Below are positions 6,323 to 15,598 of a DNA stretch of 64,000 nt, one piece after another. A model generated the notes under the pieces. That model worked only from the letters and a program-made list of their open reading frames with translations. It searched no databases and was not told the origin of the DNA. Source of the DNA: Saprospiraceae bacterium (GTDB lineage Bacteria; Bacteroidota; Bacteroidia; Chitinophagales; Saprospiraceae). The first letter of the stretch is position 1, and the number at the start of each line of letters is the position of its first letter. The DNA is taken from positions 5,686 to 69,685 of the forward strand of contig JANRME010000304.1 in NCBI GenBank assembly GCA_033761835.1, written 5' to 3'. The translations under genes were made by a program, and so were the position numbers.

Positions 6323-7981
6323 ATGACAAATAAAGAAATCGCCAAAGCTTTTCAATTTCTGGGGGAAATCATGGAATTGCATGGGGAAAATCCCTTTAAA
6401 ATCAAGTCTTACCAGAGTGCTTATATTACTTTGCGGAAGCTCGATCAGCCCTTGGCAGAGATGAGTGAGGAAGAAATTGCCAATATTAAAGGCGTAGGAA
6501 AGGCGATTGCAGGCAAAATCCGGGAATTATTGGACAACGGCAAAATGGAAACCCTTGAAAAATACAAGGAAATGACGCCGTCGGGTGTGCAAGAAATGCT
6601 TAATATCGCTGGGTTTGGCCCGAAAAAAGTACTCACGGTCTGGAAAGATTTGGGCGTGGAAAGTGTTGGAGAATTGCTTTATGCGGTGAATGAGAATCGC
6701 TTGATCGAACTGAAAGGTTTTGGCAAGAAGACACAAGATGACCTGCGGCAGAAATTAGAATATTATCAAAGGTCTAAAGATAAATTTCACTATGCGGCGC
6801 TTGAAACCGAAGCTGAAAAATTGTTGCGACAAATTCAAGAACAATTGCCTAAAGCCAATGTCAGTCTGACCGGAGCGATGCGTCGCCGTTGCAATATCGT
6901 TGATGCTATCGAATTGTTAATTGGAACGGAAAGTAATCTGGAGCAATTGTTTCAAAATCAGTTTCTTACAAAGAAAAAACAAAGCGATACTGTAATCTAT
7001 GCTGACACCACGGATGGCTATCCTGTGATGATTTACTTTTGCAAACCAGCAGAATTTGGCTCGAAATTATTTCGCTATACTGCTTCCCAAGTTTTTTTAG
7101 AAGGCTTTATTCAACGTTTTCCAGGGCTTGATTTTAAAGGTTTGGCCGAAGAACAAGACGTTTTTGCAAAAGCAAATCTGCCTTATATTGAACCCGAATT
7201 GCGCGAAAGCGAAGCTATCATTGAAAAAGCGCTGGCTGGAAAATTGCCTCCGTTGCTCGAAGAACGCGATATTCGTGGTGTATTGCATGCGCATTCGACG
7301 TATAGCGACGGGCTGCATTCCTTGCGGGAAATGGCAGAATATGTACAGCGTCAGGGCTACGAATATCTGGGCATTACCGACCACTCCAAATCAGCATTTT
7401 ATGCGAATGGTTTGCAAGTGGAAGGCGTCCTGCAGCAATGGGCGGAGATTGATGAATTGAACAAAGAACTCGCGCCTTTCCGCATTTTCAAAGGTATAGA
7501 AAGTGATATTTTGAACGATGGCTCCCTCGATTATGAAGAAAATATTCTGAAACAATTCGATTTTATTATCGCTTCGGTGCATAGCAATCTGCGCATGGAC
7601 GAGGCAAAAGCCACGCAACGCTTGATCGCAGCGATTGAAAATCCTTATACCAAAATTTTAGGCCACCCAACCGGGCGTTTATTGCTTTCTCGAGAGGGCT
7701 ATCCGATTGATCATCAAAAAGTTATCGATGCTTGCGCTGCTAATGACGTAGCGATTGAGTTGAATGCGAATCCTTACCGCCTTGATTTGGATTGGACATG
7801 GATACCTTATGCGCTTGAAAAAGGTGTGAAAATTGCGGTCAATCCTGATGCGCACAGCCGGGAAGGCGTGCATGATATTCATTTTGGGGTGCTTTCTGCA
7901 CGTAAAGGTGGATTGACTGCGGAAACTTGTTTGAATTGCCTCAATGTCAATGAATTCGGAAAATTTTGCCAAAAAGCATGA
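6323..7981 (+). CDS. Family X DNA polymerase with C-terminal PHP domain (PolX)
   Basis: 552 aa. N-terminal helix-hairpin-helix segments (IKGVGKAIAGKIRELL; GFGPKKV; LKGFGKKTQDDL) and C-terminal PHP motifs (GVLHAHSTYSDG, ITDHS, ASVHS, NPDAH). Confidence 0.85.
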   Translation: MTNKEIAKAFQFLGEIMELHGENPFKIKSYQSAYITLRKLDQPLAEMSEEEIANIKGVGKAIAGKIRELLDNGKMETLEKYKEMTPSGVQEMLNIAGFGPKKVLTVWKDLGVESVGELLYAVNENRLIELKGFGKKTQDDLRQKLEYYQRSKDKFHYAALETEAEKLLRQIQEQLPKANVSLTGAMRRRCNIVDAIELLIGTESNLEQLFQNQFLTKKKQSDTVIYADTTDGYPVMIYFCKPAEFGSKLFRYTASQVFLEGFIQRFPGLDFKGLAEEQDVFAKANLPYIEPELRESEAIIEKALAGKLPPLLEERDIRGVLHAHSTYSDGLHSLREMAEYVQRQGYEYLGITDHSKSAFYANGLQVEGVLQQWAEIDELNKELAPFRIFKGIESDILNDGSLDYEENILKQFDFIIASVHSNLRMDEAKATQRLIAAIENPYTKILGHPTGRLLLSREGYPIDHQKVIDACAANDVAIELNANPYRLDLDWTWIPYALEKGVKIAVNPDAHSREGVHDIHFGVLSARKGGLTAETCLNCLNVNEFGKFCQKA

Positions 7982-8231
7982 AGCAAATTTTATAAAAAAT
8001 GAGGACACGATTCAAATCATTTGCTAAATTGGATTAGGAATTATGATGTGATATTGTAGTGATATTATAATATGGTGATAAGAAGCCTAATTATATTTGA
8101 TTAAGTAAAAGGACATGTTTTAGTTTAATTGAAGCCGGGATAAACATTTGATTATCAATTAAATAAGGTTTTCGGCTATAGACTGAAAAACAGTCCGACT
8201 ACTTATTGAAAAATGGGCTAAACCAGTTAGA

Positions 8232-9344
8232 ATGAAAAATATTTACGTAGCGGCGACTGGACAACACGTTGGGAAGACGACTTCTACGCTGGGTTTGGTG
8301 GTGAATCTGGCGGAGAAAGGCATTAAAACTGGGTACTGCAAGCCGGTCGGGCAACAATCTGTGAATATTGATGGTGCAAGCGCTGATAAAGACGCTGTCC
8401 TGTTCTCTGATTTTTTGCATTTCAGCATGAATCCTGATTTGCATAGCCCAGTAGTACTTGGCCCTGGCATTACTCGCCGATATATCAATGATGAAAGCCA
8501 ATTTGATTTTCGGGATAAAATTTTAAATGCTGCTAATCAATTAGAAGCATTTTATGATTTGGTTGTATATGAGGGAACTGGTCATCCAGGCGTGGGTACG
8601 GTCGTGGACTTGTCGAACGCGCAAGTAGCCAGAATGCTCGATTGTGGGGTAGTCATGATTGTAGAAGGCGGTATTGGCAATACGATTGACCGCTTGCATA
8701 TGAGTTTGGCCTTGTTTCGGGAAGAAAAAGTACCGATTTTGGGAGTGATTGTGAATAAAGTGTTTGAAGAAAAAAAAGAAGAAATAGAATATTATTTGCG
8801 TCAGAAATTTGATCGGATGGACATCCCCTTGCTTGGGGTCTTGCCTTATGATAAATCTTTGTCCTTTCCGATTATGGAAACCGTGAATCAAGCGGTGGAT
8901 GGCAAAGTTGTACTAAATGAAGATCGCCTGGGCAATCGGGTTGAGGATATTATCGCTGGCTCTCTGCTGGATATAGATGAATTTAGTTCTTTTAATAATG
9001 TATTATTAGTTGTTAGTTATGGTCGTATAGATGAGGCCATTTCTAAAATTGAAGATATTTGTACAATGAAAGGCCTCACGGAGTCTCCACTTTCAGGGGT
9101 AATAGTGACAGGAGATGGCAGACATGAGCGCTGGTACGAACGTGCCGATTTCAGCAAGCCTTATTTTGTGGAAAATGAAATTCCCGTGATAACAACGCCT
9201 TTTGATACGTATGGTTCCGTGGTGAAAGTAAGTCGTATTGAAGTGAAAATTAATACCAAAACGCCTTGGAAAATTAAACGCGCGGTAGAACTCATCCGCG
9301 AGCATGTGGACATGGAAAGACTGGTAGGGCAATTGGTTTGGTGA
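8232..9344 (+). CDS. Pta-N-terminal-like protein (BioD-like P-loop plus DRTGG-type domain)
   Basis: 370 aa. The N-terminus MKNIYVAATGQHVGKTTSTLGLV is a BioD/CobQ-like P-loop. The overall architecture resembles the N-terminal regulatory half of phosphotransacetylase without the catalytic PTA domain. This is a recollection-based assignment. Confidence 0.55.
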   Translation: MKNIYVAATGQHVGKTTSTLGLVVNLAEKGIKTGYCKPVGQQSVNIDGASADKDAVLFSDFLHFSMNPDLHSPVVLGPGITRRYINDESQFDFRDKILNAANQLEAFYDLVVYEGTGHPGVGTVVDLSNAQVARMLDCGVVMIVEGGIGNTIDRLHMSLALFREEKVPILGVIVNKVFEEKKEEIEYYLRQKFDRMDIPLLGVLPYDKSLSFPIMETVNQAVDGKVVLNEDRLGNRVEDIIAGSLLDIDEFSSFNNVLLVVSYGRIDEAISKIEDICTMKGLTESPLSGVIVTGDGRHERWYERADFSKPYFVENEIPVITTPFDTYGSVVKVSRIEVKINTKTPWKIKRAVELIREHVDMERLVGQLVW

Positions 9345-9346
9345 GG

Positions 9347-9424
9347 TTGGTTGCCGATTATTAGTTGTTGGTTATCAGTTAATTGGGAGCGCTAGGCTTC
9401 CGCAATAACCGATAACCAATAACC
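9347..9424. terminator. Long imperfect palindrome filling the convergent gap (candidate bidirectional terminator or REP-like element)
   Basis: Core arms ttggttatc (9368-9376) and gataaccaa (9411-9419), with imperfect outer extensions (ggttgccgattatt versus aataaccgataacc). Confidence 0.4.
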
Positions 9425-9428
9425 ATTT

Positions 9429-10358
9429 TTACATCAGATTATCATACACATCCATCACAGATTTCACTGCCTCAGAAGATTCCTGAAGTAGCTTCATCTC
9501 GTCAGCGTTGAGCTTTAATTCGATCACTTGATTGATACCGTTTTTGCCCAATTTCACAGGTGCGCCTACATACACGCCATCAATGCCATATTGACCTTCC
9601 AGCTTTATGCAGCAAGGGAAAATCCGATTTTCATCTTTTACAATCGCTTCTACCATTTGAGCAGCCGCCGCGCCTGGCGCATACCAAGCAGAAGTACCCA
9701 TGAGTTTTACCAACTCGCCGCCGCCCACTTTGGTGCGTTCTACAATAGCATCCAAGGTATCAGCAGCAATTAACTCAGTCACAGGAATCCCAGCAACCGT
9801 TGTATATCTCGGAAGTGGCACCATCGTATCACCATGACCACCCATCAGCACAGCTTGAATATCTTTCGGTGAAACCTGCAATTCAGTCGCCAAGAAAGCA
9901 CGGTAACGTGCAGTATCCAAAATACCTGCCATACCAAAAACCTTGGAAGCGTCCAAGCCAGAGGTTTTGTGTGCTGCGTACGTCATCACATCCAAAGGAT
10001 TGGAAACAACAATGATGATGGGGTTCGCAGAATGTTTCATAATCGAATCCGTAACAGAACTAACGATTTTGGCATTCGTAGAAATTAAATCGTCGCGGCT
10101 CATACCCGGCTTCCGCGGAATACCTGCGGTAATGACCACAATATCAGAACCAGCGGTGTCTTTATAATCATCCGTACCCACCAGATAAGTGCTGTAATTG
10201 TCAATCGGAGCTTGTTGCCAGCTATCCAAAGCTTTGCCTCTGGCAAGGTCGCCCTGAATATCCAATAGGATTACTTCTTTCACAATATCCTTGTGTGCCA
10301 ATACATTCGCGCAAGTGGCACCTACATTTCCGGCGCCTATAACGGTTACTTTGCTCAT
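9429..10358 (-). CDS. mdh: Malate dehydrogenase (LDH-like family)
   Basis: The start is placed at the ATG (CAT at 10356-10358), giving MSKVTVIGAGNVGATCA, a Rossmann motif. Also present: GIPRKPGMSRDDL and MGGHGDTMVP. Confidence 0.9.
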   Translation of the reverse strand: MSKVTVIGAGNVGATCANVLAHKDIVKEVILLDIQGDLARGKALDSWQQAPIDNYSTYLVGTDDYKDTAGSDIVVITAGIPRKPGMSRDDLISTNAKIVSSVTDSIMKHSANPIIIVVSNPLDVMTYAAHKTSGLDASKVFGMAGILDTARYRAFLATELQVSPKDIQAVLMGGHGDTMVPLPRYTTVAGIPVTELIAADTLDAIVERTKVGGGELVKLMGTSAWYAPGAAAAQMVEAIVKDENRIFPCCIKLEGQYGIDGVYVGAPVKLGKNGINQVIELKLNADEMKLLQESSEAVKSVMDVYDNLM

Positions 10359-10580
10359 GATTTTTGGTTTTATTATAATATTTTTAATATATTTACCCTT
10401 GTTTTGTGGCATCGAAAGTTCATTGTTAGAACTTTTCGCTTTAAAATGGTGCAATTATATAGATTTTTTAGCAGCTTTGTTAATTGTAAGACGAAAGATT
10501 TGCCCTAATATTTAAAGATTTAGCGAAAGATTTTAGTTAATTTCACAGCGTCTTGGGCTAAGGAGAGGTAAAAATTTAAA

Positions 10581-12104
10581 ATGTTGATTAAACGAACAAG
10601 CATAGCGCTGTTGTTTGTAACATTTGTATTGTTTCTGCAGGCTCAATCCAATGAGTTGCTATGCGGAACGCAAAGGGATGATTTAGAACAAATTACCTGG
10701 CGATTGCTGCGCAATAGAGCTGCCCTTGCTCAAAATTCGCTTCAGGCTAGGTCCACTTATTATATTCCTATTAAATTTCATATTGTATCGCAGGATGACG
10801 GTTCGGGCATGATTTATTTCCGCCATATTTTGGATCAATTATGTGCTTTAAACAAGGATTTCGCAGAAATGCAGATTCAGTTTTACATGAAGGATAATTG
10901 CCATTATGTTAGCGATACCCGCATCAATGAAAATCATTATCACTATGGGTATCTAATGGAGCGCGATAGAGATACCTCGGCTATTAATGTTTGGATTGTC
11001 AAAACGCCTTATTCACCTAATCCCAATGCGATTACACCAGGCCTTTATCAATCGTCCAAAGACTGGTTGGTGATGAGTAAAAATTATATCAATAGCAATT
11101 CCTTTGCGCTTTCGCATGAAATAGGTCATTTTTTTGGGCTATTACACACCTTCAACGGCTGGGATACCGACCCTTGGAAAGCAGATAAACATGGCAATCC
11201 AGCACCTGCTTCCTCTCCTTTGAATATTCCGACAGAAATGGCAAATGGATTGAATTGCCGCCACGCAGGTGATTATATTTGCGATACACCACCTGATTAT
11301 AATTTTGGCTTTTATTGGACAACGGATTGCAACTACAATGGGGGCGCTCGCGACCCGATGGGCGAATTAGTTGATCCAGATGAGTCAAATTTTATGTCCT
11401 ATTTTGACCTGTGTAATAGAGGCGATTATCATTTTTCATCGGAGCAAAAAAATTTGATCCAAACGGATTTGATGAGTAATTCCAGGAACTATATTCGGGA
11501 TGGTTTTATGCCTTTGTTTACCAAAATTGAAGAAACCGTTGAGCTTCGTTCGCCAACGAGCGGCGCGCAAGTACCTTATTACAATGCAATAGCGTTGGAA
11601 TGGTCGGCGGTAGTGGGAGCGAATAATTATCTGATAGAAATAGATCGAGTACCTAATTTTACCTTGCAACCGCAAAGTTTTATTACCTCAGATACGACCT
11701 TTATCCTCAATGATTTGGATCCTAACCGCACTTATTATTGGCGCATCCGACCATTCAATGAATATTATGCCTGCGCTGCACCGACTACGCCAAAATCTTT
11801 TAAGACAGGCAGCATTGCCACTGCAACCCAAAATATTCGTCAGCTACGCGACTGGAATATTACTCCAAATCCAATTTCACGAAACACTGGTGCAAAAATT
11901 ACGTTCAACACTTCAGAAGGATTTGAAGTAGAAATAAATTTGTACAATACAACTGGACAAATAGTGCAACACATTGGAAAGCAACGATTTACTCCAGGTT
12001 TGAACACCCTCCAACTTATACCTGAACACCTCAATGCTGGTATTTATTTTTTGAGATTGCAAACGAATAAAGGAAGATTAGTTGAAAAAATAATTGTATA
12101 TTAA
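10581..12104 (+). CDS. Secreted metzincin zinc metalloprotease (M43/pappalysin-like) with T9SS C-terminal sorting domain
   Basis: Signal peptide. HEIGHFFGLLHTF fits HExxHxxGxxH. An FN3-like middle region contains YYWRIRP. The C-terminal ~80 aa (ITPNPIS...GIYFLRLQTNKGRLVEKIIVY) is typical of Por secretion tails. Confidence 0.8.
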   Translation: MLIKRTSIALLFVTFVLFLQAQSNELLCGTQRDDLEQITWRLLRNRAALAQNSLQARSTYYIPIKFHIVSQDDGSGMIYFRHILDQLCALNKDFAEMQIQFYMKDNCHYVSDTRINENHYHYGYLMERDRDTSAINVWIVKTPYSPNPNAITPGLYQSSKDWLVMSKNYINSNSFALSHEIGHFFGLLHTFNGWDTDPWKADKHGNPAPASSPLNIPTEMANGLNCRHAGDYICDTPPDYNFGFYWTTDCNYNGGARDPMGELVDPDESNFMSYFDLCNRGDYHFSSEQKNLIQTDLMSNSRNYIRDGFMPLFTKIEETVELRSPTSGAQVPYYNAIALEWSAVVGANNYLIEIDRVPNFTLQPQSFITSDTTFILNDLDPNRTYYWRIRPFNEYYACAAPTTPKSFKTGSIATATQNIRQLRDWNITPNPISRNTGAKITFNTSEGFEVEINLYNTTGQIVQHIGKQRFTPGLNTLQLIPEHLNAGIYFLRLQTNKGRLVEKIIVY

Positions 12105-12123
12105 AAAAATTCCATTTAAAATA

Positions 12124-13617
12124 ATGACACGTTTTTTTAAAACGCTTCTTTTTTCCAGCCTATGTGCTGGGATGAGCTTGACTTCAGTTGCGCAAGAGCC
12201 TTTGCGCTGTGGTGCAGATCCAGTAATGTCAAAATGGCTGGAACAATACTTTGCAGGCCAAATTGCTGTGGAGAAAAATGATGAGTTTTTGTATGTGCCG
12301 CTTACCATTCATATTTTTGGCGATGATAATGGCGAAGGCTACGTTTCTGTGAATAGTGTGCTGAACGCGCTTTGCACTTTGAATGAAGACTACGCTTCTG
12401 CCAATATTCAATTTTATATTCAAGGCGATATTCGATACGCTAATAAAACGCGGTATTATAGTCATACACAAAACTCAACTGGTTCGTCTCTGAACGCGGA
12501 ATACAACGTGCCTAATAGCGTTAATTGCTATATTGTCAACAATGCAGGTGGTGCCTTGGGGTACGCGCCGCCTGGCGGTACTTATGTAGTACTTAACAAA
12601 GGGGAAATGCGCACCGGTAGCCATACTTGGCCGCACGAAATGGGACACGCATTATCTCTGCCGCATACTTTTTACGGTTGGGAAAATTATGATTTTAATT
12701 ATGAAAACATCGCACCAGATAGAGTTTATGGCGGCCTAACACCTGCGGGACGATTGGTGGAGCGCACCGATGGTACGAATTGCCAAAGCGCAGGAGATGG
12801 TTTTTGTGATACATCGCCTGATTATTTGAGTGTTCGTTGGGATTGTGATGAAAATGGTAAAAGTACGATTGTGCAAAAAGACCCGAATGGCGTCACTTTC
12901 AAATCGGATGGCACCAATGTGATGTCTTATTCTTACGATGAATGTGTCACTCGTTTTTCAGATGACCAAAAACAAGCCATGCGCGCACACGTGCAAACAG
13001 CCAAGGCATACATGCTCAATCGGGCACAACCTGTGCCAAACATCGACGGATTGAGTCCGCAATTGATTTCGCCCTCCAAAAATGAATCAGTGCTTTTTAA
13101 TAATGTTTTCTTAGAATGGCAAGCTATCCCTGACGCAAGCCATTATCTCGTGGAAGTGAGCAGGGTCAGTACTTTTGCTGCGCAATTGACGAATCGCTAC
13201 TCAGTAAAAACCAACAGCATGACGGTGACCGATTTGATCACCGATAGAACTTATTATTGGCGGGTGAAAGCTTATAATCGGAATAGTTTTTGCGCCAGCT
13301 TTAGCACTAATAATTCATTCAAAACGACTACCACTACTGCAGCGAATGATTTGGATACAAAATCTGTATTTGAAGTATTTCCCAATCCACTTGCCGAAGA
13401 TCAGGCCCTGACGATTCAAGTCAACACACCGGATAAAACAAAATTATTGGTTCGGCTTTTTGATTCATCGGGCAAATTGCTTCAATCATCTGACTATGAA
13501 GTATTAGCAGGTGAAAATATTTTGAATTTTAAACCCAATAAATTAGCGAAGGGCCTTTATTTGTTGAGCTTTACGACAAATAAAGGAAATGCCATCAAAC
13601 GAATAACGATTCAATAA
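12124..13617 (+). CDS. Secreted metzincin zinc metalloprotease paralog with T9SS C-terminal sorting domain
   Basis: The start is placed at the ATG at 12124 (MTRFFKTLLFSSLCAGMSLTSVAQ, a signal peptide). HEMGHALSLPHTF and YYWRVKA are present. The C-terminus (VFPNPLAED...GLYLLSFTTNKGNAIKRITIQ) is a Por tail. It is a tandem paralog of 10581-12104. Confidence 0.8.
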   Translation: MTRFFKTLLFSSLCAGMSLTSVAQEPLRCGADPVMSKWLEQYFAGQIAVEKNDEFLYVPLTIHIFGDDNGEGYVSVNSVLNALCTLNEDYASANIQFYIQGDIRYANKTRYYSHTQNSTGSSLNAEYNVPNSVNCYIVNNAGGALGYAPPGGTYVVLNKGEMRTGSHTWPHEMGHALSLPHTFYGWENYDFNYENIAPDRVYGGLTPAGRLVERTDGTNCQSAGDGFCDTSPDYLSVRWDCDENGKSTIVQKDPNGVTFKSDGTNVMSYSYDECVTRFSDDQKQAMRAHVQTAKAYMLNRAQPVPNIDGLSPQLISPSKNESVLFNNVFLEWQAIPDASHYLVEVSRVSTFAAQLTNRYSVKTNSMTVTDLITDRTYYWRVKAYNRNSFCASFSTNNSFKTTTTTAANDLDTKSVFEVFPNPLAEDQALTIQVNTPDKTKLLVRLFDSSGKLLQSSDYEVLAGENILNFKPNKLAKGLYLLSFTTNKGNAIKRITIQ

Positions 13618-14109
13618 TTATTTCTTTTTAAAAGACCAGGTTAGGGTTACTTTTGTTACTATTTCGCCAAAAGTGTTTGTGCCAACAGAAGTAACCCTGA
13701 TTTGTTGAGCCTCTCCACTATCCATCGTTTTTTGCACGGTATCCTGAATTTTTTTGCCTTCTTCACAGGTAAAAGTGGTCAATCCTGTCGCTTTTTTATA
13801 AAATTCTGCCTCTATATGCGTGATGAGCATAGAAATGCGTCCTCGTCCTTCTATCGCAATCAAACCTAGCGTCCCCGTCGAAAGCTCGGCCGCGCCGCAT
13901 AAGGCTGCGAAATAAGTAGAACGAAATGGATTTTGCGTCCGCCAGCTAAATGGAATGGTAATCTCCACCTTATCGGTATCGCAATATTTGATTTTTACAC
14001 CCCAAAACAACAAAGAAGGCAGCCTTTGCCAGAAATACAGGCGCATTTTCCAAGGAGTATTCAGATTGGCGATCAATTTTGATTTTGCAGGAAGAATATT
14101 GGAAGACAT
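13618..14109 (-). CDS. DUF4442-like hotdog-fold (thioesterase-like) protein
   Basis: 163 aa. The pattern LPSLLFWGVKI...D...VEITIPF.W.TQNPF.S.YFAAL.GAAELSTG matches my recollection of DUF4442. Confidence 0.55.
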   Translation of the reverse strand: MSSNILPAKSKLIANLNTPWKMRLYFWQRLPSLLFWGVKIKYCDTDKVEITIPFSWRTQNPFRSTYFAALCGAAELSTGTLGLIAIEGRGRISMLITHIEAEFYKKATGLTTFTCEEGKKIQDTVQKTMDSGEAQQIRVTSVGTNTFGEIVTKVTLTWSFKKK

Positions 14110-14183
14110 ACTTTTGCGAATTTTCGCTAAAATAGAAATAATTTGCCTTTATCTAACTAAATTTCCGATTTCCCACTTCCCAC

Positions 14184-15296
14184 TTAGTTTTCTTTCCTTT
14201 TTATTTCATACACGTCATGCCCATGTGCGTGTTCTGTATTCGAGCTGATATAATAATGTTGTTTAATGTAATCCGCACCACGCACATTCCAGCGTTCGAG
14301 ACTTTCAATCCATTTTGGGTCGTTGGTTTTTGCGCCGTCCAATAAAATCCCTTCGAGATTAGAATTATCAATCGTAGCGAAAAAAATAAGGTAAGCCCCA
14401 GAAAAGTCTGCTTTACTCAAGTTCGACCCGCGCAACACCGGATTGATGAGTACCGCATTTTGAAAATTAGCCTGAGCGGCATCAACCGCCTGCATTTTAG
14501 TGAGATTTAAATAAGAAAATGACAAATCGGCCCGACGAAGATTGGCATTATTTACTGTCGCATTGTCCAAATTAGCATAGGAAAGTTCTGCTTTGTTCAA
14601 ATCCGCATTATTCAAATTAATATGCTTTAAATTGCTGTTTTTCAAATTACTGCCTTTCAGATTCGCGTTGGATAATAAAGAATAAGAAAGACTTGCTTCC
14701 TCCAAATTGGTATTTTCCAAATTCGCCTTGGTCAAATTGACTTCTTTCAACATCGCTTTTGAGAGATAGCAATCCTTTAAATTTAAATCATAAATTTCCA
14801 TTTTATTTAGTCGTCGAATGCTACCCATTGTACGAATGACGGCTTCTTCCGAAATCCAATACCGATAATCATCAATTTCTTCTAAATAACGCTTAATATC
14901 TTGCTGTTTTCTGATATAATCATCATAAAAAGATAAAATAATTCCAAAAAGTACGATGTCAAATAAAAGTCCATGCGCCGAAATAAGTATATTCATTTCC
15001 CAATCACGCCAGTTATTTAAAATAAAAGGCTTGCTGATAAAGTATAATGCTACACTAAGAATAATGGCAGATTCTATAAAAAAACTTACGATCTCTGAGG
15101 AAGGCTTGAATAATTGTGCGATGGAACGAGAAAACAAAGCTACCAAAAATAGGATTGCCAATACTTCTGATCCTGGCCGAAAAACTAACCACAGTAAGGC
15201 CAAAGCGCCCAGAATTCTTAACATACGGGTCAACACCTTTTTGAAGCGTTGGTTAGTAGTATCCAGTTCCATCATTTTGATTTTAAGCATTTTCAT
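14184..15296 (-). CDS. Membrane protein with C-terminal pentapeptide-repeat domain
   Basis: 370 aa. It has about four hydrophobic segments in residues 25-135. A long run of A(D/N)LxX-type pentapeptides follows (ANLENTNLEEASLSYSLLSNANLKGSNLKNSNLKHINLNNADLNKAELSYANLDNATVNNANLRRADLSFSYLNL...). Confidence 0.8.
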   Translation of the reverse strand: MKMLKIKMMELDTTNQRFKKVLTRMLRILGALALLWLVFRPGSEVLAILFLVALFSRSIAQLFKPSSEIVSFFIESAIILSVALYFISKPFILNNWRDWEMNILISAHGLLFDIVLFGIILSFYDDYIRKQQDIKRYLEEIDDYRYWISEEAVIRTMGSIRRLNKMEIYDLNLKDCYLSKAMLKEVNLTKANLENTNLEEASLSYSLLSNANLKGSNLKNSNLKHINLNNADLNKAELSYANLDNATVNNANLRRADLSFSYLNLTKMQAVDAAQANFQNAVLINPVLRGSNLSKADFSGAYLIFFATIDNSNLEGILLDGAKTNDPKWIESLERWNVRGADYIKQHYYISSNTEHAHGHDVYEIKRKEN

Positions 15297-15480
15297 TAAT
15301 TCTATGAATAAAGATGATTACAAGGAGTGGGAGTTGCAAATTATGATCGCTTTTTTATACAAACGTGTAAGAAGGAGCATCTGCTCCCATCTTAAATCGC
15401 CTTTCCCAGAATTATTAATGTTCTAATCATTCTGAGGATTTCTAAAGTGCATCTTTTTGCAATATTTGATAAATCTTCCT

Positions 15481-15488
15481 TACTTTTG
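15481..15488 (+). promoter_or_regulatory. Candidate -7 promoter element upstream of sucC
   Basis: TACTTTTG fits TAnnTTTG and lies about 110 nt upstream of the sucC ATG. Confidence 0.35.
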
Positions 15489-15501
15489 GGTGTCAAAATA
15501 A

Positions 15502-15568
15502 AATGTGTTAATATGCCAATCTGATGACGTGTTGATTTTATATGTACTCACTTCATTATTAACACATT
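15502..15568 (+). other. 12-bp inverted repeat (potential stem-loop) in the putative sucC leader
   Basis: aatgtgttaata (15502-15513) and tattaacacatt (15557-15568) are perfect reverse complements separated by 43 nt. Confidence 0.5.
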
Positions 15569-15598
15569 AGCAAATTAGCAAACCAGCAAATCTAAAAA

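Noticed and set aside
12094-12123. Upstream start (12094) for the second M43 protease, overlapping the first gene's 3' end
   Set aside because: The ATG at 12124 gives a canonical signal peptide straight away (MTRFFKTLLFSSLCAGMSLTSVAQ), and the extra 10 residues add nothing.
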